A stretch of DNA of 63,514 nt, filler included, from Octopus bimaculoides (Eukaryota), in assembly GCF_001194135.2 (NCBI RefSeq). It is 6 parts of 5 records of this genome, joined end to end, with 100 filler letters (N's around TTAATTAATTAA, not from the genome) between each part and the next. Parts side by side here need not be neighbours in the genome. Positions count along the whole stretch, not along the records: positions 30,408 to 40,778 come from NC_068997.1; positions 40,879 to 57,172 come from NC_068991.1; 4 more parts are not named here. One strand, given 5' to 3'. The position numbers were made by a program, and so were the translations under genes. The notes below the pieces were generated by a model. It was not told the origin of the DNA. It made no database searches and saw only the letters and a list, made by a program, of their open reading frames with translations. Shown here piece by piece: positions 37,223 through 50,162 of the stretch (position 1 is the first letter of the stretch; each line of letters opens with the position of its first letter).

Positions 37223-37864
37223 NNNNNNNNNNNNNNNNNNNNNNNNNNNNNNNNNNNNNNNNNNNNNNNNNNNNNNNNNNNNNNNNNNNNNNNNNNNNNN
37301 NNNNNNNNNNNNNNNNNNNNNNNNNNNNNNNNNNNNNNNNNNNNNNNNNNNNNNNNNNNNNNNNNNNNNNNNNNNNNNNNNNNNNNNNNNNNNNNNNNNN
37401 NNNNNNNNNNNNNNNNNNNNNNNNNNNNNNNNNNNNNNNNNNNNNNNNNNNNNNNNNNNNNNNNNNNNNNNNNNNNNNNNNNNNNNNNNNNNNNNNNNNN
37501 NNNNNNNNNNNNNNNNNNNNNNNNNNNNNNNNNNNNNNNNNNNNNNNNNNNNNNNNNNNNNNNNNNNNNNNNNNNNNNNNNNNNNNNNNNNNNNNNNNNN
37601 NNNNNNNNNNNNNNNNNNNNNNNNNNNNNNNNNNNNNNNNNNNNNNNNNNNNNNNNNNNNNNNNNNNNNNNNNNNNNNNNNNNNNNNNNNNNNNNNNNNN
37701 NNNNNNNNNNNNNNNNNNNNNNNNNNNNNNNNNNNNNNNCTTACCCTAAAGAAGAATCTAGCATATTTGAAATTTTAGAGGTTAGATATCTATGATAAAA
37801 ATTCCAAGGAGATGAATAAGAAACTGTAACAAACAAATGAATGAATAAATAAACAAGCCCCTGC

Positions 37865-38180
37865 GTTGGGCTAAGACATTAACTTTGCAATTGGTTAGTT
37901 CCCTGTTCGATTCCATTGCCCGGCGTTTTGGATAAGTAATATATATTTGTGTTCTACAGTTCACTTGAGCTGTAGAAATGAGCTGCGGCATCACTGGTGC
38001 CAAGCTGTATCGGCCTTTGCCTTTCCCTTGGAGAACATCGGTGGCGTGGAGAGTGGAGACTGGTATATATGGGCGACTACTAGTCTTCTATAAAACAACC
38101 TTACGCGGACTTGTGCCTCAGAAGGGAACTTTCTAAGTGGAATCTCATGGTCATTCATGACTGAAGAGGGTTTTACCCTT
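37865..38180 (+). mobile_element. Degenerate tRNA-derived SINE (family B head, different tail)
   Basis: B-box-like TGTTCGATTCC, then CACTTGAGCTGTAGAAATGAG..CTGGTGCCAAGCTGTATCGGCCTTTGCC..CATTCATGACTGAAGAGGG. Confidence 0.65.
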
Positions 38181-38529
38181 ACTACATTTTACATGGAAAA
38201 GGCGTCGGCGACTAAACCGACACGAGTTCGACTTGGGTGACGAAGCTTGCCAGAAATGCAAATGGCCGATGCAAAACTCGTTAGAAGAAGGGATCAATCC
38301 AGCATAGACTTTCTAACCATTATACGTGAGGGACATAAAAATACTGGTAAGGGTAAACAAGTGAACCTTAAGATCAATCTGAGATTAACGAAATACAAAC
38401 TCTTGTCATTCAAATTGTTCCCTTAAAATTCAATATTCCTCTGTTGTGGAATCCGGCGGTTACTAGTGACTCCAGCCTCTGTGCTGTAGGCAAGATGGAT
38501 AAATGTCAATCATTGCATACCTTCTATCA

Positions 38530-38745
38530 AAGACGGCGAGTCAGCAGAATCCTTAGCACGCAGAACAAAATGCTTTCTTCTGTCCTTATGCTCTAAGTTC
38601 AAATTATGCCGAAGTCGTCTTAGCTTTTCGTCCTTTTGAGTCCCTTTGAGGTCGATAAAACAAGTAGCAGTGAAGCACTGGGTTCGATGTAATCGGTAGG
38701 ATACCCGCCCTCTGCGCAATTTCAGGCCGTGCACCTACAGCAGGA
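38530..38745 (+). mobile_element. SINE family C, degenerate
   Basis: GGCGAGTCAGCAGAATCCTTAGCACG..GAGGTCGATAAAACAAGTAGCAG..CAATTTCAGGCCGTGCACC. Confidence 0.75.
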
Positions 38746-40002
38746 AAACAAAAAATTCATTAATTTCTATTCCTTTAGTTAGATAATAACTTTCTGGTGT
38801 TAGAATATGAGAGCCTCTATTGTAAAACCATACAAGAAAATACTTTCATAAAAGAGTCAGCAAATGCTGCAAGCCGGAATAATTATGCTTAATGGTTAAA
38901 GCTAAGCAAATATATATACACACATAATTTGAATAAGTCAGCAAGAAGTCTACATTTATTCCGCATTGTAATTCTAGGATCCGAGAAAACTATTCTTTCG
39001 GATTATTTTTTTCTTCTCCTTGTTCCTCTTAGTCTAAATATTTCCTTTGAAGTCACATGGCATTTTAGGCTTTGATGTTTGGTTGTTTGGTTATCTCTTG
39101 CACAAATCTCAATGATCACATGTGGAATTAATAATTCTCAAACAGTGGAATAAATTTGGAATGGAGACAAAGATTTACACTACAAAATGAAACATTCTTC
39201 AACTAGAAGAAAGAAAAAATCATTTGTGCGCGAGCACGCACATGTACATATTTGTGTGTGTGTGTGTGTGTGTGCGCGCGCGCGTGAAGATAAATAATTT
39301 TCGTTTCTTTTTATGGAAACACAAAAGGTATATAGGACTACAAAAAAGAAGTGCTCATGTGAAATTGAGACAGAGACAAAACCCATTGATCAGCGAACGA
39401 ACATCAAATTCAGGCCAACGACTTGGTATATAATCCCAGCTTCTATACATTTCATCATATACAAATAATACCGGATAACTTCCCGCATTCTCGAGCGTAA
39501 GCTCTTGGTTTCACTAACCTCCTCGCGGCTACTATTTCGCTTCCAATATCAATTCCTAAAATCTCCACATACGTATCTAACAGATGGCTTACAGTGTTCT
39601 ATAAACGAATAAAATGGAGTTATTCCCTATGAATCTTTGCTAGCTTGTCCTAATATGAGGGAGGTAACTACGTAGTACCGCATTCTTTATTGTTTCCCTT
39701 GTTACAAAAAAATAACCTTCATCGACTTAATAGCTTTATCTTTTATTTTGCACCTGTTTAAATCGAGGACTGTGCTCATGCTAGAGCACAAATTTCAAGG
39801 ATTTACTCCAACAAATCCACCGGGTACTTATTCTTTTTCTATCGGTTTAGTTTGCCAACTCACTGATTTACGAGGAAGAAAAGACCCAATACTAGTTGTA
39901 AAGACTGAAAGCATACATACATACATACATACACACATAATACATACATACATACATACATACATACATACATACATACATACATACATACATACATACA
40001 TA

Positions 40003-40462
40003 CATTGTCCTCCAAACATATGTATACATACTGTAACAAAAGAAAATGTGTAGAAATATTTAGATACTAAATTTATTCCGACATTGCACGATTAATACAA
40101 GTTATCTACAGCCTCTACGATTACAAGAGGTACTCAAGGCGGTGGCTGTTAGCTTCGAGACACTAATTACTCCGGCGTACTGCTATTTGAGCAGCATTGG
40201 CCAAAGTGTCCTGTATGATAGCTACGCAATTCTTTCCCATTTCTTCCCAAGAGGACCGTCAGTGTAAACAGTTTACTGCGATACATGATATCCTTTACAG
40301 TGCCCCATAAGGAAAAGTCTGCAGGTGGTTTAAATAAGAAGAACGTGCGGGGAAACTAACCTCCACCGATTCGTCTTATCTAGAAATCTTGTAAATACTC
40401 ATCCAGTTCAACACGCACGTCCCAACTGTCGTGCGGTGATGCGCCGTCTTGTTGAAAGAAAC
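40003..40462 (-). pseudogene. Tc1/mariner-superfamily transposase C-terminal relic with TIR
   Basis: Minus strand FFQQDGASPHDSWDVRVELDEY..FPARSSYLN..FLWGTVKDIMY..CLEANSHRLEYLL*. Putative TIR TA|CATTGTCCTCCAAACATATGTATAC at 40003. Confidence 0.8.
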
Positions 40463-40486
40463 AAAAATCATTATTTCCATTTATAG

Positions 40487-40741
40487 GCGCAGGAGTGGCT
40501 GTGTGGTAAATAGCTTGCTTACCAACCACATGGTTCCGGAAACTAAAAGAAGCCCGTCCTGTGTTTATTATGGTAGTCTGACCTTAGAGTCCCTAATTTT
40601 GTGAGGCATTCTTGTATAGTAGTGCCCTTATATAAATAAATGTATTTTGGGGAATAAATGATGGATTTTTATCCTTATGAGGTTTTTTTCACGCTAGCTA
40701 CTTGATAAATTCTTGTAAAAGAATTCATCCTATTATTGAAT

Positions 40742-40778
<37 letters not shown>

Positions 40779-41058
40779 NNNNNNNNNNNNNNNNNNNNNN
40801 NNNNNNNNNNNNNNNNNNNNNNTTAATTAATTAANNNNNNNNNNNNNNNNNNNNNNNNNNNNNNNNNNNNNNNNNNNNAGATCGCTTGACAACCGATGCT
40901 GATGTGTTTATGTCCCCATAACTTAGCGGTTAAGCCTAAGAGATAGAATAAGTACTAGGCTTACAAAGAATAAGTCCTGGGGTCGATTTGCTCGACTAAA
41001 GGTGGTGCTCCAGCATGGCCACAGTCAAATGACTGAAACAAGTAAAAGAGTAAAAGAG
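40487..41058 (+). mobile_element. SINE modules: internally deleted head (40487-40560) and tail (40880-41058)
   Basis: GGCGCAGGAGTGGCTGTGTGG..CATGGTTCCG|GAAACTAAAAGAAGCCCG (about 85 bp missing relative to 46267). Tail ends GACTGAAACAAGTAAAAGAGTAAAAGAG. Confidence 0.8.
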
Positions 41059-41489
41059 AATTTGATAGGAAGTCATAGTGGAAATGGTGGTGTAACCACC
41101 AAAACTGCTGATTTTATATTATTATGGTGATGAAGTCTTGAACTAAGTTGGAAATATTTACATGAGTTTTACAAACCTATCAGATCCCTTGAAATTTGCA
41201 CGGTGGCCTCTGTGAGTGATAGTGGTTATTTATATCAACTGGGACACAAACAGGTACAAAACCTCAGCAGATAGGGCTACATATATTTTCATCATCTGAT
41301 TCAAAGCAAGAACAACCGAGTATGTAAATTTACATCAACCGATGTTATAGGGTTAAAGATGGCCCCTCCACCTATGCAGAATTTCAGATACCTAGGAGTA
41401 AATCAGAACCCCACAACTTAGGATAAACATGTATACATATGTGTTCTGTTAGCAATTGGTTGTACAGCCATGTAGGTGATTCAAGAGAA

Positions 41490-42152
41490 GAGATTTCCTA
41501 GTGATAAGTACTATGCACAAAATCTCTTTTGCCGAACCGCTAAGTAACGGGGATGTAAACACACCAGCATCGGTTATCAAGCAATGGCGGGGGAACAAAC
41601 ATAGACACACAAACATACATACACATATATACATACATACACATTATATATATATATATATATNNNNNNNNNNNNNNNNNNNNNNNNNNNNNNNNNNNNN
41701 NNNNNNNNNNNNNNNNNNNNNNNNNNNNNNNNNNNNNNNNNNNNNNNNNNNNNNNNNNNNNNNNNNNNNNNNNNNCTTCTTTCAGTTTCTGTGTGGAGGC
41801 GCGTGGCTTAGTGGTTAGGGTGTCAGCACCATGATCGTAAGATTGTGGTTTCGATTCCTGGACCGGGCGACGCGTTGTGTTCTTGAGCAAAACACTTCAT
41901 TTCACATTGCCCCCAAAAAAGGTGGTGAGCTGGCAGAAACGTTAGCACACCGGGCGAAATGCTTAGCGGTATTTCGTCTGCCGCTACGTTCTGAGTTCAA
42001 ATTCCGCCGAGGTTGACTTTGCCTTTCATCTTTTCGGGGGTCGATTAAATAAGTACCAGTTACGCACTGGGGTCGATATAATCGACTTAATCCGTTTGTC
42101 TGTCCTTGTTTGTCCCCTCTGTGTGTAGCCCCTTGTGGGTAGTAAAGAAATA
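41490..42152. mobile_element. Nested SINE stack
   Basis: Reverse bipartite SINE 41490-41790, family B head 41795-41910 (+; A-box TGGCTTAGTGG, B-box GGTTTCGATTCC), family C 41920-42152 (+). Confidence 0.85.
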
Positions 42153-43075
42153 ACACAGCCAAGCCTTATATAATATATATCTATATATTTATTTATTTAT
42201 TTATTTATTTATTCTTTAACAAAAATATTGTTGACAGTGACTTTGAAGTGTTGGCCACTTAAGCCATCGTCGGACTGCAATGCACGAAAATTAGTCTTGC
42301 CTTTATGTAATCTTTTTTGAGTTAAAAACCTTCCTTGTGACTGTCAACAACATTCTTGTTTAGGAATAATAAATTTGTACTCTACAGAAGTACAGAGTAA
42401 CCCATTAGATTAATGTAAAATTGTTTTTATTACAACTGAACATAAAAACAAACATTAACATATATATATAAATATATTGCAATATATTTTATCTACCAAA
42501 TTTATATGTGTATAAAGTTTCACATTTAATTTAGTGTTAAATCATGGTACAAAAAATTTCCCTTCATACTTATAGCTTTAACCCCTGCATAAGTTACACC
42601 CCAGTCTTTGCAATTAAAATCAAATAAAAATTAGTGCAACTTGTATGCAATTAAATACAGTAAGTAATTTATGTATTATGCAAGTAAACTCTCTCTCTAT
42701 TATAATGTGTTTTATTTAATGTCTTATGAAAATTACCATGGGAAAGGGTTATTATTCACTTGTTTCAGTCATTGAACTACAGCCATGCTGGGGCAGCACC
42801 TTGGAGTGTTTAATTGAACGAACCAACCCTAATATCTTTATTTCTTTTAAATGTGTTTATGGAGTGAACTGATGCCCCTGCATGTGACTGTCAATGGATT
42901 CAACTGGTCTTATAAATAGATGATGCAGCAGACAGAAGAGGTTGAACTGTGAGAGCATTAGTCTCTTTATTGATTCTGTGTTGGAGTATTGCATTGTTAT
43001 TGTGCAAACAGTTATAATAAGATGACCAACTCTAGTTACATTGCTTATTGTTATATGGTTTTATTTGGTACTGTG

Positions 43076-43812
43076 GAGGTGCAATGGCCCAGTGGTAAGG
43101 GCAGTGGACTCGCGGTCATAGGATCGCGGTTTCGATTCCCAGACCGGGCGTCGTGAGTGTTTATTGAGCGAAAACACATAAAGCTCCACGAGGCTCCGGC
43201 AGGGGATGGTGACAAACCCTGCTGTACTCTTCCACCACTACTTTCTCTCACTCTTACTTCCTGTTTCTGTTGTGCCTGTAATTCAAAGGGTCAGCCTTGT
43301 TATACTCTGTGTCACGCTGAATATCCCCGAGAACTACGTTAAGGGTATACGTGTNNNNNNNNNNNNNNNNNNNNNNNNNNNNNNNNNNNNNNNNNNNNNN
43401 NNNNNNNNNNNNNNNNNNNNNNNNNNNNNNNNNNNNNNNNNNNNNNNNNNNNNNNNNNNNNNNNNNNNNNNNNNNNNNNNNNNNNNNNNNNNNNNNNNNN
43501 NNNNNNNNNNNNNNNNNNNNNNNNNNNNNNNNNNNNNNNNNNNNNNNNNNNNNNNNNNNNNNNNNNNNNNNNNNNNGCAGGGGATGGTGACAAACCCTGC
43601 TGTACTCTTCCACCACTACTTTCTCTCACTCTTACTTCCTGTTTCTGTTGTGCCTGTAATTCAAAGGGTCAGCCTTGTTATACTCTGTGTCACGCTGAAT
43701 ATCCCCGAGAACTACGTTAAGGGTATACGTGTGTGTGGAGTGCTCAGCCACTTGCACGTTAATTTCACGAGCAGGCTGTTCCATTGATTGGATCAACTGG
43801 AACCCTCGACAA
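43076..43812 (+). mobile_element. tRNA(Arg)-derived long SINE spanning a gap
   Basis: GGAGGTGCAATGGCCCAGTGGTAAGGGCAGTGGACTCGCGGTC..GGTTTCGATTCC with anticodon-like TCG. 43199-43354 is duplicated at 43577-43732 across the gap. Confidence 0.9.
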
Positions 43813-44830
43813 CCTAACTTAACTTATTTGGTACTGTGATATATTATCACAAAAACATATCATATATCATCACTGATGACATAACAAAATATCTGGTACC
43901 TATGCTATCTATCGATCTCTTTTGCCAGACCGCTAAGTTATGGAAACATAAACAAAGCAACACTTCGCACTTCAGCCATGTAACGGCACACATGCTTTTC
44001 TTGGACTATTCTTTTCCTACTCTCTGGACCTTTCCTCTTTCTGATGAAGAACCATGCTGGAAACATTACACCCTCCCCTCTTTTTTCCACCTTAAACTGA
44101 GCATCAGTACATTCATTGTGTACGTCGATATATATATATATANNNNNNNNNNNNNNNNNNNNNNNNNNNNNNNNNNNNNNNNNNNNNNNNNNNNNNNNNN
44201 NNNNNNNNNNNNNNNNNNNNNNNNNNNNNNNNNNNNNNNNNNNNNNNNNNNNNNNNNNNNNNNNNNNNNNNNNNNNNNNNNNNNNNNNNNNNNNNNNNNN
44301 NNNNNNNNNNNNNNNNNNNNNNNNNNNNNNNNNNNNNNNNNNNNNNNNNNNNNNNNNNNNNNNNNNNNNNNNNNNNNNNNNNNNNNNNNNNNNNNNNNNN
44401 NNNNNNNNNNNNNNNNNNNNNNNNNNNNNNNNNNNNNNNNNNNNNNNNNNNNNNNNNNNNNNNNNNNNNNNNNNNNNNNNNNNNNNNNNNNNNNNNNNNN
44501 NNNNNNNNNNNNNNNNNNNNNNNNNNNNNNNNNNNNNNNNNNNNNNNNNNNNNNNNNNNNNNNNNNNNNNNNNNNNNNNNNNNNNNNNNNNNNNNNNNNN
44601 NNNNNNNNNNNNNNNNNNNNNNNNNNNNNNNNNNNNNNNNNNNNNNNNNNNNNNNNNNNNNNNNNNNNNNNNNNNNNNNNNNNNNNNNNNNNNNNNNNNN
44701 NNNNNNNNNNNNNNNNNNNNNNNNNNNNNNNNNNNNNNNNNNNNNNNNNNNNNNNNNNNNNNNNNNNNNNNNNNNNNNNNNNNNNNNNNNNNNNNNNNNN
44801 NNNNNNNNNNNNNNNNNNNNNNNNNNNNNN

Positions 44831-45080
44831 TACACCATTTTGAGCGTGGCCATTGCCAGTACCGCTTGACTGGCCTTCGTGCCGGTGGCACGTAAAAGCA
44901 CCCACTACACTCTCTGAGTGGTTGGCGTTAGGAAGGGCATCCAGCTGTAGAAACTCTGCCAGATCAGATTGGAGCCTGGTGTAGCCATCTGGTTTTCACC
45001 AGTCCTCAGTCAAATCGTCCAACCCATGCTAGCATGGAAAGCGGATGTTAAATGAAGATGATGATGATGATGATGATGAT
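44831..45080 (+). mobile_element. Short element ending in the RTE 3' UTR and (GAT)n tail
   Basis: GTAAAAGCACC..GGAAGGGCATCCAGCTGTAGAAAC..CCAACCCATGCTAGCATGGAAAGCGGATGTTAAATGAAGATGATG is homologous to 27010-27195. Confidence 0.85.
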
Positions 45081-46266
45081 TGAGACTCGGTGAAAGGAAA
45101 GAGTTAGACTTTTCGAGCATAAAAGAGAAAGGGAAAAATCCAAAGATGGAGAAAAAATTGCCAACGGCATACGTGTAGTTACATTGCTGAAATGTATATA
45201 TATAGGTTTGCTCATTTGTGGCGGGTGGGAAGCACAGCTCTATTCTATAGGGTTCACACCATTCTAAGATATTCTACAACAAACTCCCCAGATGCTGTTG
45301 CCATGTTTGCGCTATTTTGTGACCTTATAGGTTACTGTACTAATTGGATAAACTAATTAGATCTTTCTTATTAATTGGGCAAAACGAATGGAAAAACATT
45401 GAATTAAACAGTTGACCTAATTAGAGTTGTATTAATGAAATGATATACTCCATTTACAAATACGCAAAACCACACACACACACACACACATGCATGCATG
45501 TAAAAAGACACAGGATTACACACACACACAACACACGCATGTGGAAATAAACCGACACAAGATCACATACATAACATATATATGCATACATATAAAGACC
45601 TGAGATGATAGGTGCGTTATACATACAGTACAGACACGCATCACATTTTTACTCACATACATGCAGAAAACAACTTAACACATACGTAGACAAGATGGAC
45701 ATATACACACACATATATATATATATATACACAAGCACGCAGCTGCACGTGTGCACACATATGCAGCACTGAGCTACACAAATGCATGGATACATACTCA
45801 TACACCTATCTACATGAATTTACACGCACCAAGTTATACACATGAACATGCATCAAATCACTCCTCGCAAATACATATAACTACACATACACACAAGAGG
45901 ACACAACTACACAGAAATACACATGAACAAAGTTACATACACAGAATCGGTGCATAAATACACAGGCACCAACTTACACACAGATGCACACTCAGACACA
46001 CATACACCCACATATCTATGAAACAATGATGGAGCTTCTATGTGGTTGCTAAATCTGCTAGAAATAGCAACCAAATCTGCCGCAAATCCAACACTGGATC
46101 TTGCTAAATTTCCACAAACCACTTAAAATATTTCAAATTTTCACCAGATTATATTCCAAAAAATGTATTTTTGCATGCTGGTGACGAAAACCACATTCAT
46201 TTTTTTCTACAGATCCCTATATATAGGTGCAGATCTCTATATATAGGGTCTCTCTATATATATAAG

Positions 46267-46428
46267 TGCAGGAGTCGTTGTGTGGTAAGTAGCTTGCTTA
46301 CCAACCACATGATTTCGGGTTCAGTCCCACTGTGTGGCATCTTGGGCAAGTGTCTTCTATTATAGCCTCGGGCCAACCAAAGCCTTGTGAGTGGATTTGG
46401 TAGACAGAAACTGAAAGAAGCCCGTCAT
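46267..46428 (+). mobile_element. SINE head module (family A)
   Basis: GTGCAGGAGTCGTTGTGTGGTAAG..GGGTTCAGTCCCACTG..GGATTTGGTAGACAGAAACTGAAAGAAGCCCGTC, then (TA)(TG)n. Confidence 0.9.
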
Positions 46429-46437
46429 ATATATGTG

Positions 46438-46508
<71 letters not shown>

Positions 46509-47508
46509 NNNNNNNNNNNNNNNNNNNNNNNNNNNNNNNNNNNNNNNNNNNNNNNNNNNNNNNNNNNNNNNNNNNNNNNNNNNNNNNNNNNNNNNNNNNN
46601 NNNNNNNNNNNNNNNNNNNNNNNNNNNNNNNNNNNNNNNNNNNNNNNNNNNNNNNNNNNNNNNNNNNNNNNNNNNNNNNNNNNNNNNNNNNNNNNNNNNN
46701 NNNNNNNNNNNNNNNNNNNNNNNNNNNNNNNNNNNNNNNNNNNNNNNNNNNNNNNNNNNNNNNNNNNNNNNNNNNNNNNNNNNNNNNNNNNNNNNNNNNN
46801 NNNNNNNNNNNNNNNNNNNNNNNNNNNNNNNNNNNNNNNNNNNNNNNNNNNNNNNNNNNNNNNNNNNNNNNNNNNNNNNNNNNNNNNNNNNNNNNNNNNN
46901 NNNNNNNNNNNNNNNNNNNNNNNNNNNNNNNNNNNNNNNNNNNNNNNNNNNNNNNNNNNNNNNNNNNNNNNNNNNNNNNNNNNNNNNNNNNNNNNNNNNN
47001 NNNNNNNNNNNNNNNNNNNNNNNNNNNNNNNNNNNNNNNNNNNNNNNNNNNNNNNNNNNNNNNNNNNNNNNNNNNNNNNNNNNNNNNNNNNNNNNNNNNN
47101 NNNNNNNNNNNNNNNNNNNNNNNNNNNNNNNNNNNNNNNNNNNNNNNNNNNNNNNNNNNNNNNNNNNNNNNNNNNNNNNNNNNNNNNNNNNNNNNNNNNN
47201 NNNNNNNNNNNNNNNNNNNNNNNNNNNNNNNNNNNNNNNNNNNNNNNNNNNNNNNNNNNNNNNNNNNNNNNNNNNNNNNNNNNNNNNNNNNNNNNNNNNN
47301 NNNNNNNNNNNNNNNNNNNNNNNNNNNTTTGGGGAATTTTCCGGTACCTCCGTATCCGAAAACGGGGATTTTTTGGCAAAAAAAAAAATTACAAAAATAA
47401 ACAAATTTGGGAGAAAATGGGTGAGTGGGGGCGGAAGTCTTGTTACCATATAGAGGACTCGCCGCAATGTTTTATGGCTATTTTGGAGGGAGAAAATAAA
47501 AAAGCCTT

Positions 47509-47637
47509 GGTAAATTTTCAGATTAACAACCGCACGATTTTCATTTGGGTGTTAGGGTTAGGAATTCCGTCCCTAACCGTAACCCTAACCCTAACACCCT
47601 AGTGAAAATGGTGCGGGTGTTAATCTGAAAATTTACC
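47509..47637. mobile_element. 129-bp palindromic Merlin-like MITE with telomeric repeats, 8-bp TSD
   Basis: Arms of about 54 bp GGTAAATTTTCAGATTAACA.CCGCAC.ATTTTCA...GGGTGTTAGGGTTAGG. TSD AAAGCCTT at 47501-47508 and 47638-47645. Confidence 0.9.
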
Positions 47638-47983
47638 AAAGCCTTGATCGCTCTCATTTTTTTCTCTGCTCACTTGCTGTTGGTAATTAAAATAAAAATA
47701 TATTCCATATAAGTAAATACGTTGTAAATTGCATTCTGAACAAAGGCTTTCACAAGTAGTATGCTGACAATTAATTAATTCTCTTATCAACGAAGTCAAG
47801 AGAAATGCAAACGCCACGAGCTAAGAACTTCCGTTGGCAAACCAAAGTTCACAGCGGTCAGAAATTTTATCTAATGGTAAACAAGGCACCGCAGAGAAGA
47901 AAGTGCGTATGTGGGCAAACCTTGAAACTCTTTCGTACATTTTGTAGCTATATTTAGATGCGTGTTCTTCCTAGCAACGAAAG

Positions 47984-48186
47984 GGTACTACTAAAGCAGC
48001 GTGGACCCGTCCGCGCTAGCTAGTCGTGAGTGGTCGATCCTAACCCTAACCCTAAACACGTATTCATTTGCACACGCGGGTTAGGGATAGGGTTAGGGTT
48101 AGGGTTAGGGTTAGGATCGACCACTCAAGACTAGCTAGCGCGGACGCGCGACTGCGCGTTCGGGTCCGAGCTGCTTTAATAGTACC
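47984..48186. mobile_element. 203-bp palindromic Merlin-like MITE with telomeric repeats, 9-bp TSD
   Basis: GGTACTA(C/T)TAAAGCAGC..GTCCGCGCTAGCTAGTC.TGAGTGGTCGATCCTAACCCTAACCCTAA and its inverted partner. TSD CAACGAAAG at 47975-47983 and 48187-48195. Confidence 0.9.
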
Positions 48187-49214
48187 CAACGAAAGAATGG
48201 CACTTATGAAACATGGACGTTTAGGACAAACTTACGAAAATGCTTTGAGCAAGCAAAGGGGTAAACTTGTCTAATTTAAGCGACAGACCTATCTACCTAT
48301 CAACAAACTGTGGTGGGACTCGCTTGTCGGGGGCATTGACAAAAGGAAACACAGTAGCTGTGACAGGATTTTGTCTAAAACCGATTATTTAACCCTAGAT
48401 CAATCTTTTCTGAACAAACTTATGCTGAAAGGTGTTCTGGCTAAGACTATTCCGTCTTTTTAGGGGTACCTAAGATTACATTACACAATGTACCCAACTA
48501 ATACAAAGTGTGATTTGAGGATGATTTGGCTGCTATTTCTAGCGTCTAAGTCATGTAGAGGCTCACTTGATGCTTCGAATATACTGTCCGGATGTAAAAC
48601 GGAAGCAAAGACTTTTCCGCTTCCTCTGTCATTCTACCACTTATTTTCTTCTACATAGACAGAACATACATACACAACCTTTCTCTCTCTCTCATTCATT
48701 CTCTTTCCGCAACACTTCTCTGTCAGTACTTCTTTCTCACTTTTTCATTTAGCTGCTTCACCTTCTTTCTGAAGGTGACATGAAGGATGTACCTCGGAAG
48801 CAATATATATATATAATTGAAACAAAGAAAGCGAAAGGGATAAGCAAAAGAAAAAAGACAAAAGAAACAGTAAAGAAAATAAAACCAACAAGTGTCAAGA
48901 CAAGATGTAGGAGGAAGAAGAAAAGAAAGGCGTGAGAAAAAGAAGGAAGGGAGAATGCGGAAGACGAAACGAAGTGATGGGTGAAGGTGACTATGACACA
49001 AAGAGGACAGACTTGAGAAGTCTTGGAAGAGTTCAATACTGAAGTGGCTGCAGTGGGGGAGGCAATGGAAGGGAAGATAAAGTGGAGATAAGGAGAATAA
49101 ATTAACTTGCTTGACATTATCTCCTCTTCTCTATGAGTGTCTCTCACAATTACTGCCAGGTGGCCATTTGTTCTTTTCTTTGTTTAAATAAGAAATTTCA
49201 GTGATTGCAAATCT

Positions 49215-49475
49215 TTTACTTGTCCCAGTCATTGGACTGCGGCCATGCTAAGGCGCCATCTTGAAGAGTTCTAGGTGAACAGATCAAGCCCAGTGCTTAT
49301 TCTGGTACCTATTATATTGGGTGTTTTGTACTGAATCGCTAAGTTATGGAGACGTAAACAAACCAATAGCGGTTGTCAGGTTGTCAAGTGGTGCTGGGAC
49401 ACACATACACATATAAATTATTTTGCCCTTTAACTTGTTTCAGTCATTTGACTGCGGCCATGCTGGGGCACCGCC

Positions 49476-49512
<37 letters not shown>

Positions 49513-49513
49513 T

Positions 49514-49551
<38 letters not shown>

Positions 49552-49555
49552 ATGC

Positions 49556-49604
<49 letters not shown>

Positions 49605-49770
49605 AGATAGATATACACGACGGTTTTCAGTTACCGTCTACCAAATCCATTCACAGGGCTTTGGTCGGCCCGAGGCTATAGTGGAAGATACTTGACCAAT
49701 GTATCACACAGTGGGACTGAATCTTAAACACTGGTTAGAAAGGAAATTTCTTACCATAGAGCCACGCCTA
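49215..49770 (-). mobile_element. Bipartite SINE(s), reverse orientation
   Basis: Tail (reverse complement) 49215-49400, second tail end 49430-49475, (TA)n, head (reverse complement) 49618-49770. Confidence 0.8.
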
Positions 49771-49944
49771 CTCAGAACGTTTTCGATTCGTCAATGAGGT
49801 TTTAACACCTTTTGCCTGTCCTGTGTAACACATATTTCCCTGGCGTCCATGCATCAGGCATGATACACGTCTCCAATTCTCTTTCAGTCACCACTGTAAG
49901 TTAAGACTTATTTTTAAAATTAATAATTACATACATACATCCTT

Positions 49945-50162
49945 TCTACGATAGGCACAAGGCTTGAAATTTTAGGTGGGAGGGAGGGGCTAGACGATAA
50001 AATTCGACCTCAGTACTCAACTGGTACATATTTTATCGACCCGACCCCGAAAGGATGAAAGGTGAAGTCGACCCCGGCGGAATTTGAACGCAGAACGTAA
50101 AGGACGAAGGAAATGGCACCATTTCGCCCGGCGTGTTTACGATTCTGCCAGTTCACCGCCGT
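49945..50162 (-). mobile_element. SINE family C
   Basis: Reverse complement of the family C sequence with CpGs retained (CCCCGAAAGGATGAAAGG..GTCGACCCCGGCGGAATTTGAAC). Confidence 0.88.

Noticed and set aside
39585-39610. 6-nt minus-strand microexon-like motifs here and at about 62330
   Set aside because: No supporting gene context; they illustrate the chance background for such motifs.
43199-43732. 156-bp direct repeat within a SINE
   Set aside because: Exact copies on both sides of a gap; assembly overlap.
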